DNA from: Vicugna vicugna
Lineage: Eukaryota
Assembly (NCBI GenBank): GCA_013265495.1
Contig: MU058636.1
Location: forward strand, 2,542,001 to 2,606,000
Direction of reading: 5' to 3'
DNA length: 64,000 bases
In this document: one piece after another, positions 1-12,561 of the stretch
Layout: the number at the start of each line of letters is the position of its first letter
Position numbering within the stretch: the stretch's first letter is position 1
The notes under the pieces: model-generated
What the model saw: only the letters and a program-made list of their open reading frames with translations
The model's database searches: none
Told to the model about the DNA's origin: nothing
Made by a program: the position numbers and the translations under genes

Positions 1-171
1 CTTTAATGGATGGCAATTCCCTGCCTCCACCCAGACTGACAGCATGGACAGTTACCCAAAATGGGGAGTTGGTTTGGATCCAGAGAGCCCAAAACAATAA
101 CAGACATCCTCACAGCAATGTTGCTTAAATATTTTTGTCTGCAGTCCTGCAAGGGTACACATGGCCCTCTG

Positions 172-228
172 CACACACACACACACACGCACACACACAC
201 ACGCACACACGCATATGCACACACACAC
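172..228. repeat. Imperfect (CA)n microsatellite
   Basis: Direct reading. Confidence 0.95.
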
Positions 229-2634
229 AGGCTTAACTGCAAAAAGTTGCAGGAAACAATACATACACATGGAAATGTGATAAACTCATCTTCTCTATTT
301 TGTTCTCATTTTTTAAAATGCAGATCATATGTCACTAAATTGATTCCAGTTTGAAAATCTTGCCCTGCAACATTCTCCATGTAGTATATTCAAAATACTC
401 TCAGTGAATAGTTTTATGTACGAAATGCTTGTTTCTACACTTGACAAACCTTTTCACAATTCTGGTCTTTACACGAACGTTTGCAAAGTCCATCTGTGAA
501 GAAAGGCACTTATTATCTTGACAACAAAGTGGACAGAAAAAGAAGTAGGACGGGGAGGGGCAGGGGAGGAAGAGAAAATATGAATTTGTTGTGTAATAAA
601 AGCAGATATTTGTAGTTTCCAAACAGAACATCCAGTCATATAATCAGAAAGTCCCGAGCATGCTGTCCAGGAAAATCTACATCTGTGATAGTTGCTAGAG
701 ACTAATGGAATTTTAATTTTTGGTGTCTGTTAACCAGACATGTTTTTTTCGTCATACTTGGACTGAGAAGCTGCCCTGGGGGATGCTCTTTGCTGGATGT
801 TAGGAATGATTCAGAGGTGCCTGGGCTGGGCTCTGGGACTCAAGGAGATCAAAGTCTAGTTGAGAAGAAAGGATACGAGTACAGAAAGTAGTTGTGCCGT
901 GTAGAAAGCGACAAGGATCCTGAGACAGGGACAGAGAAAACGCAGAGGAATGTGGGTGCCCAGTTCCTGATGAGCAGGAAGGAGGATGGACGTCAGGGGT
1001 CGTCCCTGTCACCGGTGTCCTCCCGGTGCAGCCCACATGGCTGTGGGCATCGTCACAGGCTGTAGACCAAAGGGCTTTGATGTGGTCAGGATGCCCGTCT
1101 TGGTACCTCCTTGTTCCTCGCACTGGGCCATCTTGGTGCAAAGTAGGTGCTCGACAGGTGTGCACGAGTGAATTAGCCTGTTGTGGCAGCAGAACGCCGT
1201 GGCCGGTGGTGAGGGCTTAGCCGCGAGCCTAAGGCCCTGCACCACCCCTGTGGCGTCGAGGTGTGAGTGGAGCTCTGGGCAGGGGAAAGCCAGAGCGCGG
1301 CTGAAATTCACAGACGTGGCTTGGGTGGCAGTGCTTGTCCAGCCCTCAAACTGAAATCACAAGTTTTGTCTGTGACCCAGCAAAGTTTTGTTGAGTGTCT
1401 GCAAAAAGTCTGGAAAAGGGTCTATGGATGCTCCAAGGCAAGGACCCTGCCATAAGGAGCAGCCAGGTACTGTGCACAGAGAGGGGCGGGGCGGGGTCGG
1501 GGACGAGGCATCCGCAGAAGTCCTTCCGCCGTGAAGGACACGGTCGGAAAGGGAGATGCACAGGAGTGAGGCGCGAGCCGAGGAAGTGTCGGCCGGATGC
1601 CTCTGGCCGCAGTCCTGTAGGGAACTGGGCTTCGGCAGGTGTGAACTGGGCGTGTTACGGTCTACGTGTTACAGCTGTCTAGTAGGGACCCCAGCGTCTT
1701 GCAGCCCTGCTTCTTCCTACCCCAGGTTAACCGAGTGCTCTTAGCTGAGTACATCGTGTTCATCCGAGGACTTCCCGGACTGCTGAGATGCTGCTCAGCA
1801 CAGAATCTGCTCTCTAGGAATGTGCAGCTCAGAGAGACTGCTGAAGGGAACAGTGCTGTGTCATCTGTTCTTTCAAAATAAAGCTATTTCTGTGTCCTGG
1901 AAGATGGCCCATAGTAACAATTCCTTTTTTTTTTTTTAAATCTGATTATAGCCAATTCTTTTAAAGATGAGATTCTGCCCAGGGGGTGTTTTCACCAGTC
2001 CCTTACTAGATAGGGAGTCAGTCTCTGGAACAGAGGCTAAATATTTACTTGGTGTTGATGAGCTGCAAACTCTAGAATGGAGAGCAGGGTGGTGACTAAC
2101 CAGACTAACCAGAGGGGAGGCGGAGCTGGGGTTCAGAGTGGGCGGGGTAGAGGGCCCGGAAAGTGGAGGATGCTCAGAGCTGCTCCAAAAGTCAGATGCA
2201 GACGCGGGCCCTCTGCCCCGGATGCTGGTGCGAACAAGCCAAAGCAAACAACAGCAAAACTCGTCCTTACGCCTGCAGACAGTGCCCCTTCTGTGGCCCA
2301 GTCAACGAGGTAGCAGTGAGTCTGTGCGTATATTTTTACTGCAGTACTGTAATATTACTACCATTTATTTAATTTCCATCGCGTGATAGGTGTGTTACAG
2401 ACCTTACCTGTCGCTGCCACAGCAACCCTACAAGCCACTGCTATATTCAGCTGCATTAAAATGCAGATGAGGAAACAGGATGAGATTAGTGAGTGCCTGC
2501 GCAGACAGAGGGTGGCGGAATGGAATTCAAAGCAGAGCATGTCACATTCCCCTCCCTCTTTCCAGATGACTTGCTTTATGTTTATGGTGGTCATACAACA
2601 TTCTGAGAGGCCTCACAGCAGCCAGATCTTTATT

Positions 2635-3308
2635 TTGAAAAAAGTTTTAAATTGAAGTATGGTTGATTTGCTGTGTTAGTTTCTGATGTACAGCATAGTG
2701 ATTCAGTTACATACACACACATTCTTTTTTCACATTTTCCACTTTAGAGTATTACGAGCTATTGAATACAGTTCCCTGTGCTGTACGACAGGGCCTTGTT
2801 GTTTATCTATGTTGTGTATAGTAGTTAATATCTGCAAACCCCAAACTCCTAATTTATTCGTTGCCCTCCTTTTCCCTTTGGTAACCGTAAGTTTGTTTTC
2901 TATGTCTGCGAGTCTGTTTCTATTTTGTAAATAAGTTCATTTGTGTCATTTTTTAGATTCCATATATGGGTGATATCACATGATATTTGTCTTTCCCTGT
3001 CTGGCTTACTTCACTTAGTATGATTATCTTTAGGTCCATCCATGTTGTTGCAAATGGCATTATTTTATTCTCTTTTATGGCTGAGTAATATTCCATCACG
3101 TAAATATACCACAACTTCTTTATCCACACACACACACACACATATATATGTATATATGTATATATGTATATATACCATATCTTCTTTATCCAGTCACCTG
3201 TTGATGGATATTTCGGTTGCTTCCCTGTTTTGGCTGTTGTAAATAGTGCTGCTGTGAACTTTTGGGCTATTTTTTCAAATTAGAGTTTTTCCTGGGTATG
3301 TGGTTGGG
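2635..3308 (-). mobile_element. 5'-truncated lineage-specific L1 (ORF2 end plus 3' UTR)
   Basis: Minus-strand translation WYIYVMEYYSAIKENKIMPFATTWMDL is the L1 ORF2 C-terminus; 12-bp TSD CAGATCTTTATT at 2623-2634 and 3309-3320. Confidence 0.92.
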
Positions 3309-4659
3309 CAGATCTTTATTAACTCTTTCCCAGTAGTGATGCTAGAGGACCGTCCTTCCAGGTAGCACAACATCTGATAGAACACGCTGGATAGTTTGGA
3401 AGCATCCTGAGTAGATACCGCACAGGCACCTGGAGGATCTTAAAATTTTATTCCTCTGAATCAAAATCCACTACCCTTTTCTGAAATTGTGACTACGTTT
3501 TTCGAACAAGCGTGGCCTTCCTTCAACACCCTCCTGTTGAGTTGAGAGCACTGTCTCCTTCACCTGCTCAGGTCTGCTGTCCTCTGAACAAACCAGAAAT
3601 ACTAGTGTTTTTCCTCCTGCTGATTCAGCGTCAGCTTCAGATGTCCTGTCATCTCAGTACCAGCAGCCAATCTGTTGAGTTTCAAGGCATCTAAGACCAC
3701 CATCTCCTCAGATCTCTTAAATTTTAAATTTAAATGTAAAATGAAAAGTCACTCGTCATCAATCATTTTAATGAGTTTGGAGCTTTAGATCTTCATTAAA
3801 ATGATTGAAATCTTCATACTTTTCTTCAGTTTTCTTTAAACATCCCATGAGAAAATGGTACTTTAAAAATATTTAACTTTTAATTTATTATAGTGGCAAA
3901 AGTCTGGTAAGAAGAAACTGCAGTCCTTTGCCCACCTTTCCTCATTCCACATCCTACTCCTCAGAGGCAACCGATTTGTAAGCATTTTGCTGTTTCTTCC
4001 ACTCCCTCTGCTTCTGTTTCCCTTTTGGACATCAGCAAGTGGTTTCTCGTCACACAGAAGAGAGGTCGGTCGGCTCCCTTATTGCACACTTCCACTGCTG
4101 CCCTTCCCAGCCCTCCAAAATTGGGGTGAATCAGCAGAAACTTTTTTCAGGATTATAGTACGTGTAATTTACGGATGGTCCCCTTAGTACCCTGGGACGA
4201 TTCATCCACAGGGGACAGTGCTCGCTGCTGCCCGGCAGCCGTTCCCTCGCCCTCCTTGCTGGCTGCAACCTGGTTTTGTTCCGATGTCCATGTCTTTGCC
4301 GCTTGACTCGGTAACATCTGATGATGCCAAGTCGGCTGTCATGGCCTCGTTCTCTGCCCTGTGAGGGGCAGCCTTATCCGTGCTTCTGGGAAGGTTTCTT
4401 AGTTCTCAGAGAGACAGACTCCCCTGTCACCTGGAGAAAAGAGTGACCAGAGCCTGCAGAACAGTCACTCAACACGCCTGTCCTGGCCCAGCAGGACCAC
4501 CGGGGGCCCCTTCTCACAGACCTGACTCCCGTCTGAACTGGTTCATCTCTGGGCCTGGGCCCCACCCTTGCTTTCTTGGGGTTTTCTTTCGGTTCCCCTG
4601 TCCAGGATCTCCCGTCTTCTTCATTTACGTATTCGTTTTGCAGAAGCATCCTCTTTATA

Positions 4660-6060
4660 GAGGTTTGGCAGATGTTTATATTTGAATTATTGTGTGATTG
4701 AGAATGAATTTATGTTCACACTTGATTTGAGGTTTTAGCAAGATGTGGAATTCTAGGTGAAAATCATTCTTTGTTTGAGTGTTACCAGTTCTCCCTGACT
4801 TCAGATATTTGTCATCACTGCTCAGGGATCAGTTGCCACTGATTCCATTCCTCTGTGATCTGTTTTATCTCTCTGGAACTTCTCATTATTCCCAGGGCAC
4901 CGGGGTATGTGATGCTGTGCTTTGCAACAGACCACACTTTGTTTTCTAGGCCCTCAGTGGGCCCTTCTAATCTGGACATGTGTTCTTCAGTGCTGAGAAT
5001 TTTCTTGTTTTGTTTCTTTAAGTAATTTCCTCCTCTTGTTTGCTCTGTTCTTTTCCCCCCTGCATTTCTATTAGAACTTAGAGCTCCTACATTGATACAC
5101 TAATTATTCTTTTATAGTTTTTCCTTGTTGGGGGTTCTAATTTCTGAGACTAATCTAATTTCTAGATTTTATCCTTAAAACCTTCTATTGATTTTTACAT
5201 TTTTGTCATATTTTTAATTTCTATGAGCACTTACATTTTTTCAGACTATCCCTTTCGATGGCATCTTATTCTTGTTTTGTGGACATTCTTCTCTCTCTGA
5301 GGGAATTAATTAGAATTTTAAAATGTTTTCTTCTGTCCTTCAGCTGGTGATGGATAAACAAACTGTGGTACAGCCATGCAACGGAATACTACTCAGCAAT
5401 AAAATGGAATGAACTATTGACATGTGTGATAATGTGCGTGAATCTAGAATACAATATGCATTTTATCTTAATATTAACAATGTTGATATAATAAGTATAA
5501 CCATTGTAGTAATACAACTATAATAATACAGTAATAGTATTATCTAGTTTCATCCATATTAAAAGTGAAAGAAGCCACATTGAAAAGTCTGCGTGCACAG
5601 GGAATGGGCAACATTTTATAATAACTTTGTGTGAAGTGTAATCTATAAAAATACTGAACTACTGTGTCACACACCTGAGACTAACATAAGATTGTAAGTC
5701 ATCTATATATCAATTTTAAAAAAGGCTGCATGCTATACGGTTATATTTATATAGCATTTTGGAATGGGCAAGCTGAAGGAATGGAGATCAGTATTTACTA
5801 GTGGGTAGTGGTGGGGGAGGAGCTGGCTCTAAGAGGTGACTCAAGCAAGAGAGGTTTTCAGGATGATGTGGCTTTCTGTATCTTGATGACGTTGCTGGTT
5901 GCTCTGCATTTGTCAAAACTCTGAACTGTGCGGTCAGAAGAGTGGATTTTATTGTATGTAGATGAAAACATAGCAAAAGGTTTCTTCTGTTTTCTGTAAT
6001 TCCTTAAATATCTTGTCTCTTCTTCGTTCGAAGGCTTCTTACTTATCCGATAGTTCTTAG
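4660..6060. mobile_element. Old L1M fragments (L1MC/ME-like) with a younger short L1 tail at about 5598-5722
   Basis: gatggataaacaaactgtggtac...gaatactactcagcaataaaa motif; the younger tail is bounded by aaaagtctgcgtgc / aaaaggctgcatgc. Confidence 0.65.
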
Positions 6061-8255
6061 CTGTCCATTCGTGGCTGTAAGTGGGATTGGAATCCAGAGC
6101 CACGTGTTGCGCTGCCCGCCCTCACCCTCGTGGAGGCGTCGAGCGTGTGTGTGATGAGCTGTGCAGTGTGCACGTGCATACTCCCACACGTGGAATTCCA
6201 GGCGGAGAAGGAGTAATTCGCTGCTCATCATTTCCCCCTTTTCGAGTCAGTTTTCTTTTTCTACTTGAGTGCCCTTTGGGTCTCCTCTCCTCTCCTTTTC
6301 TCTTCTCCTCTAGCCTCCTCGTTTTTGGTGGGGAGTGGAGCATTCACATTGTGTTTCCAGTACCACTTTATTGTTTTCACATTAATTGCAGGACCTGGCA
6401 CAGGGGTTCCTCCCTCCCCTGACAGGCTCCCAGGCTGCGGGGCTCCATCTTTCCAGGCTGGTGGGATCTGCCTGCCCTCCTGGAGGGTTGGGCAGGCCAC
6501 CGCCATCACTCCCAGGACGCCTCGCCCAGCCTGTCTGTCCAGAGAGAGGTTTTCTCCTGATTTATTCACTGTATCCCGACTCCTGTTGATGCCAGTGTGC
6601 TCCCTGGAGATTCCTCTTTGTCGCCTCTCTTTCAGAGCTGTCCTTAACACTTAGTTAGGAAGAGGCCCTAACAGTAAACCTGGATCATATTTCCCTGGTG
6701 GTCAGTGTGTATGTGTGCTCCTGCAGCCTTGGAGAGCTGGCGGTCAGAGGAGCAGTTCTGGGACGCGGGTCAAGAGCCTTCCTGGGTGCTGTCATGACCA
6801 CATACCAGTTAGCATCCTCGCTGCCTTTTCCATGCCTGAAACATGCACGCATGTCATGCATGTAAGAGGATGTGAGTGTGAATCACTTAAATGAAAGCGG
6901 CTAATTAGCTTTTCGGCTGTTTTATTGAAAAGTTAAGAAGCATGGGACTTGTGGTATTTCTTTGGAAGTCTTTGATTAACATGGATGTTTGAGTATCTCA
7001 TGTTATTTAAGAGTGAATTTCTAAACTGTGATTTTAAATATTTAAAACATGCCCATTAAAATTCATCCTTACTCAGGTTTGTGCTTTCTGGGAGTGTTTG
7101 ATTTTTGTTGCTCATGGAAGTTGTCAGTTTTGATAATCAAGATTCAGGAAGCATCTATCCTGTCCCAGAAATGCTAGCAAGGCAGCGTTCCACCCTGGGA
7201 TGGTAGGTGGGGTGCTATTCAGATATGTATCACCATGTTGCTCTTTAAGGAGGCATTTTTGAATTTTGTTGGGAATCTAAGTTTTGGGGATTTTTTGGTT
7301 TGGTATGGTTTGTTTTTACTGTTTTTCTTCAAGCTTTGGTGAAATGTTGGAGGATTCCTACAAGTTCACTAAAGCAACATTATTCATTCATCTTGATTGT
7401 ATAGAAGAACAATCATTCTCCCCAGCACAGATCATTTATTTTTCTTGTGTTTCTAGGCCAAGTTGGTTCCTAACTAAGGAATATATTTTTTCTTTTTCTA
7501 TTTATCTTCGTTTCTTTATCTCTTCCTTAGAGATAAAGACATTCCAAACATGGTGATCAAAAATACCTTATTCATTACATAATATAACTAGTGAAACTAC
7601 AGAGGCTTTCAACCAAAGTCTCTGGGACATTAAAGTATATACCTTTCCATTTAATTGGAGTTTTTTTTGCAGCCACCATGTTTCTTTATTTGCTCTCTGG
7701 TTGTTACAAACTTTTTTGCTTGGTCTGCATTGTGGGGTTAGAGATTTAGCTTTATGCTTCCGGGTATTTGGTTCACTTGACAGAAGAAAGGTTATATGCT
7801 GCTGATGATAGAAAAAGAAATTCACCTTCCAGGAAAACAAGATTTGAAAGAGTCCCGTTCATAGTGACCCAGGGCAGGCTTTTGAGCTGAAGGTGATTCT
7901 CACTTTATCCCTGATGGTGTTAGACAGATTTCTTTCTTCCTTTCAGAGAGCAGATAGTCCCTGAGGTTTACAGCCTGCAGTCCTGCGGAGAAATGAGGGT
8001 CAGGGGCCCCCCCTCATCGTGAATGCTGGAGTCCTTTGCCAGGGTCTGAGGCCCACAGATGAGAGTCAGGGTATGCAGCTGGAGCACACCTACTGCTATA
8101 AATTAACCCAGTTGAAGAAGCGAGGTTAAGTGGGGGCTGGCAGAGGAGTTTGAGAAAGTGATCTGTTGTCTCCCAGCCTGGACCAAGCCAGCCCCCCAGC
8201 CCCCGGGAAGCAGCCTCCCTCCCCACCTGCTCAAATAGACTTAAAGATTCTCCTT

Positions 8256-8409
8256 GGGGGAGGGTGTAGCTCAAGTGGCAGAGCACTCGCTTAGCATGCG
8301 TGAGGTCCTGGGTTCAATCCCCAGTACTGCCCCTAAAAATAAATAAGTAAATAAACCTAATTACCTCCCACCACCACCCCCGTTTTTCTGAAAAACTAGA
8401 AAGAAAAAA
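8256..8409 (+). mobile_element. tRNA-derived SINE, camelid Vic-1 type
   Basis: GGGGGAGGGTGTAGCTCAAGTGG (A box), GGTTCAATCCC (B box), aataaacctaattacctccc, A-rich tail; TSD aaagattctcct / aaagattcttct. Confidence 0.88.
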
Positions 8410-9398
8410 AAAGATTCTTCTGTAACGACTTGGCCCAGCATCCACATGGCAGAAGCAGATTGGGCCTTAGGACGAGTGGGAAGGAGAGGAAGGGGTGGGT
8501 TTGTTGGGAATACTTACATAATACCTGGGCAGGTAAGTGAATGGGATGCTCTGAACTCAAAGGATCCGGCCCTCAATTGCCTTCAGGTACCAGGCAGGGT
8601 GGCCTAGGCTGCAGAGCAACCAGGTGTGAGTTAACAGGCCAGATAGCCGCTGGGGAAGGAAAAAGTACATACCTTGCAAATGAACGTTAAAACTCAGTGT
8701 TTTACAAGGTGCTTCTCACTTCTCCAACAAGACTGTAGCCAAAACCTTGTCTGACTCAACTCTTGGGGTGCTGGTTGAACCCCCTATGTGTGGATACACT
8801 TCCTTTCCTGTAAGGCAAAAAGATGCATCTCTTGTAGCTAGGTTCAAAGTTCCTGTCTCTCTTTTCAATCTCCTGTTAATAAACACAAGCACGTGGTAAT
8901 TGTATTTGGAAGAGTCTGGACCTGATCTAGTATTTTGTAGATAGAATATTCATCTTGAATATATTAGCTTTTCTCACTTGTCTCATGAAGTACTGGCAGA
9001 GAATTTATCACCAACTCTTGAGTGGTCAGATTCAGCTGTTCTTGCTACCTTTTGAAGCTGCAAGTCTTATAAACTGGATGACGACATTTTCTTCCTTCAC
9101 CAGGGCAGATAACTCCGAGTTTTTCTGGCGAGAAGGCAGGGATTGCAAAGAGAAGTGAAATCTGGAGATCATCGTGTGCCTCATTTTAATGGTTATTTTG
9201 CCCTCTTTCCTTGTGAAATCCTTTTGAGAGCAAGCAGTGTTGACAGATTGGAGTTTCAGAGTGGCTTCTTTTCCCTAGCCCTTCCCTGCGGCGGGAATAG
9301 CAGGTGAAGAGATCGTGGGGGAAGAAAGGGGGCGGTGGGACTCTAGCATCACAAATTCAATACCCAGGCCCTGGATGCCGGCTGGAGTCTTTGTAGAA

Positions 9399-9400
<2 letters not shown>

Positions 9401-9441
<41 letters not shown>
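9401..9441. repeat. Perfect (AC)n microsatellite, about 20 units
   Basis: Direct reading. Confidence 0.97.
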
Positions 9442-9444
<3 letters not shown>

Positions 9445-10046
9445 CTTCATACACTGCAGGGGGCAGAGGTCTTATTTTGCTCGGCCCCTCAGTTGGAATT
9501 CCTGCCTCCTCTGTGTCGTATGTGATGCTGAGTGTTTCTCTCTAACAGCATCTTTGATTACGCCCTGCGTTGCTTTTCCCGCGTAGGTATTATTTCCCTC
9601 AGGAGATGACTTTCTCTGAGGATGAGGACTTTTCATTTGTAGACCTTTCATTTTCTATTGTTCCTTGTACTGGATTTTTTTGTCGGTCGATGTCCTTCAG
9701 TTGGGTCCACCTCTGAGCCCTTCCAAGTCCTGTCTCCATGTCCCTTTGTTTCTCTGGTCCTCGTACTGCAGAGGCTGTTCCAGGGGGCGGCGGTCTGCAG
9801 GGGATCGAGCACTGGCCTGGGTGTGAAAAGCACTCCCCCCACCACACTGCTGTGACAAGTCGTGGCCAGGGGACTCTGAGGCAGTCATGAGGCCTCTCTA
9901 GACTGCAGTCTCTTCTAAAACAAGAGGGTTAAACTAACGCCTCAGTTTCTTGCCACCTCTGACCCTCAGTGATCCTGTGGTTAATATATGCTTGACAAGG
10001 CATTACCCAGGGAACCAAATAAACTAGGAAACATTCTCTGCTACTG

Positions 10047-10800
10047 TATTCATGCATTCAACAAATTGAGTGCCGACAATGTATAGGACCATCTTCTGGT
10101 CACTGAGGACAGTGGTGAGCAGGGTCTGTGTGATCTTTACCCTCGTAGAACTTCTGTTCTCCTGGGAGAGGAGGACAGTGAACAGACAAACATGTAGAGT
10201 AGCTGGGACAGGCTGGGAAGGAAGCCACAAGAGGCTGTGACTGGGGACGAGGGTGACCGTCAAGGAGGGTCTGTTTGAGGAGGGCTCAGCCATGCGGAGA
10301 GCCCAGTGTTGAGTGTGCAAGGCAGTGACAATAATAGTGCATGGCCTGGGGGCAGGTGGCATGGAGTCAGTGAGGGAGGGGAGTAGGGAAGGGGAGAGAG
10401 GTTTCAAGGGGCCACACAGGTCAGAGCAAGGAAGCCGTGGAGGGTTTGTGACTTGATCTGACCGATGTGCCAAGACATTTTCTGGCTACCTTGTGAAGGG
10501 AGAACAGCTCTTTAGAGAAGCAAGAATGGAGGCCCAAAGATCTGGTAGGAGGTCTGTAAGTGGCTTACATGGGAGTTGATGGTGGCAACGGGGAGGTAGG
10601 AAGGTGGATGGGCTGGGATGAGCTGTGCAAGTGCGTCCATTAGCTCTTGCTGACGGATCGGGTGGGAGTTAGAGGAAAGGGCCAAGGAAACGTCCCCGAT
10701 TTGCAACTCTGGTGCGGAGGCTGGTGACGACACCGGTAATCCAGGCGGGAGAGACCTGGGAGGGCCGGGGACTGGCAGGGTGAGGCAGGCTGTGGGCAGG
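10047..10800 (-). mobile_element. L2 fragment
   Basis: attcatgcattcaacaaattgagtgcc is the reverse complement of the L2 3' end, followed by typical degenerate L2 body. Confidence 0.7.
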
Positions 10801-11079
10801 AGGGCTCTTATCTGGCCCCAGTTCCCTGGAACAGGTCCTTAAAATTCTCTCTCATTTTCTCTTGATAAAATCTGTACTCTGGAAATAGCTTGTCTCCCAT
10901 GTTTGCCATTGAAAATAACGGTTAAAAATAATTTCACTTCAGAGATATGCAGCAAGAAGGAAGCAGCACACAGAGCCAAGCATCGTGTGAAATGATGTGG
11001 AACCCCACTAGAGGTAAAGTCATAAGAAAATAAAATAACAAGATTCTTTTAGCCTGTTAAAAGTGAATGATTCCATGGA

Positions 11080-11275
11080 AGCTTAGCATGGTGGCTTAAG
11101 ACCGCAGACCACAGATTTAAATTCCAGCCCTTCCACTGACTTTCAGTATCTAACATCTCTCTGCCTTAGTTTCTTCCTCTGTAAAAACAAGATAGTAATA
11201 TCTAGCCACAGGGGTGGTGTATGGATTAAATGCAGTGAAGCACTGAGAGCAGCACCTGGTAAATGCTATTCAGGG
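11080..11275 (+). mobile_element. MIR
   Basis: Core ctctctgccttagtttcttcctctgtaaaa...ggattaaatg. Confidence 0.75.
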
Positions 11276-11579
11276 GTTGAAAATAAATTCCTGGTTTTGA
11301 GTGAACTTCAGTTAAATACGCTTTTGAATCCTTGCTGTGAGCCAGTTACTGTTCTGGGCTTGAGAACGGAGGGGTGAACAGAGTGGGGTGGGACCTGCCC
11401 TTCTGGAACTTCTGTAGGATGGGGGGAGGCAGGTAATAAGCGGGCAGACACGCACAGGAACCAGGTAATCTTGGGTGGTGAGAAGTGTGTTCTGAAGAGG
11501 CGACCACATGTCCAGCTTGCACTTGGAGTCCTGGCATTTCTGTCTGGTTTAGCATTTCTGAACTCTCAGAAACCTTCCA

Positions 11580-12055
11580 GTTTAATACAAAAGCTTGTAT
11601 GGGAATGCTTTTAATAATTGCCAAGACCTGGAAATAACCCAAATGGGATTATTTCCCTCAAATGGGGAAGGCGTGAACAAGCTGTAGCACGTAGCACGAA
11701 ACTGTATGTAGCTGTCGGAAGGAATGAACTGCGGATAGACCCCAGGCCGTGATGCATCTGAGATGTGCTGTGCAAGCACCAAGGCTGCACGCTGTGTAGT
11801 TACATTTAAATGACATTCTGGAAAAGGCAAACTTGTAGAAAAAGGGATCAGATCTTGGTTGCCAGGGCTGGAAGTCAGGGAAGGGCTGACTTACAAAAGG
11901 GAGAATTGTGGAGCTCAGGGGACTGTTCTGTATCTTGATTGTGGCATGGGGGGGGGAGTCACAAGACTACATTTGCCAAAACTTGCAGAACTGTACAGTA
12001 AAAAGGTTGAAATTTACCCTATGTAAATTATACTTGAATGAAAAATGGAAAAAAA
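11580..12055 (+). mobile_element. Old L1M (MC/ME-like) 3' region
   Basis: tgacattctggaaaaggcaaa...tggttgccaggg...ctgttctgtatcttgattgtgg...atgtaaattatac motif series. Confidence 0.7.
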
Positions 12056-12516
12056 TTCCTGAGCAGGAAAACATGGTCCCTGTTTGAATGGAACATGATC
12101 TGGTCATTGTAGTTATGAAGTGCTTGGGAGCGAGGAGATAGAGCAGGAAGTAGGGAACTGAGGGATAGAATGAAGGTCGACACTTTTTTCCTTGAGGGCA
12201 GTATGTGTTTATTCGACAAATGATGATGGGGCAGCCATCGTGTGCCAGGCCCTGGCATATAGTCTAGGCAGAGAAGATGCACCTGTAAACAAAACAAAAT
12301 CCCTTATGGGGCTTAGGGTTGTGTATTAAAACGCAAATGTGCAATCCTGTCACACAATGAGTCTACCTTTGGGAATCTATTGTAAGGAAACAGGGGGGAC
12401 CATAAAGATACGCACTCAGCAACTTTCTGTGAAGAATTATTTCGAAAAGCAAAAGCTGAAAACAACCTGAAGTTTGACAGTCTGAAACCTGAAGGTCTTT
12501 AAAAATTGTGAAGTAT

Positions 12517-12561
12517 CTGACACAACATTGTAAAATGATTATAAATCAATAAAAAATGTTA
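12517..12561 (+). mobile_element. 45-bp extreme L1 3' tip with perfect 16-bp TSD
   Basis: ctgacacaacattgtaaaatgattataaatcaataaaaaatgtta flanked by AAAAATTGTGAAGTAT at 12501-12516 and 12562-12577. Confidence 0.85.

Noticed and set aside
8256..8330. tRNA gene-like sequence (also at 45675 and 57310-57377)
   Set aside because: Followed by SINE body, A tail and TSD; these are SINE heads, not tRNA genes.
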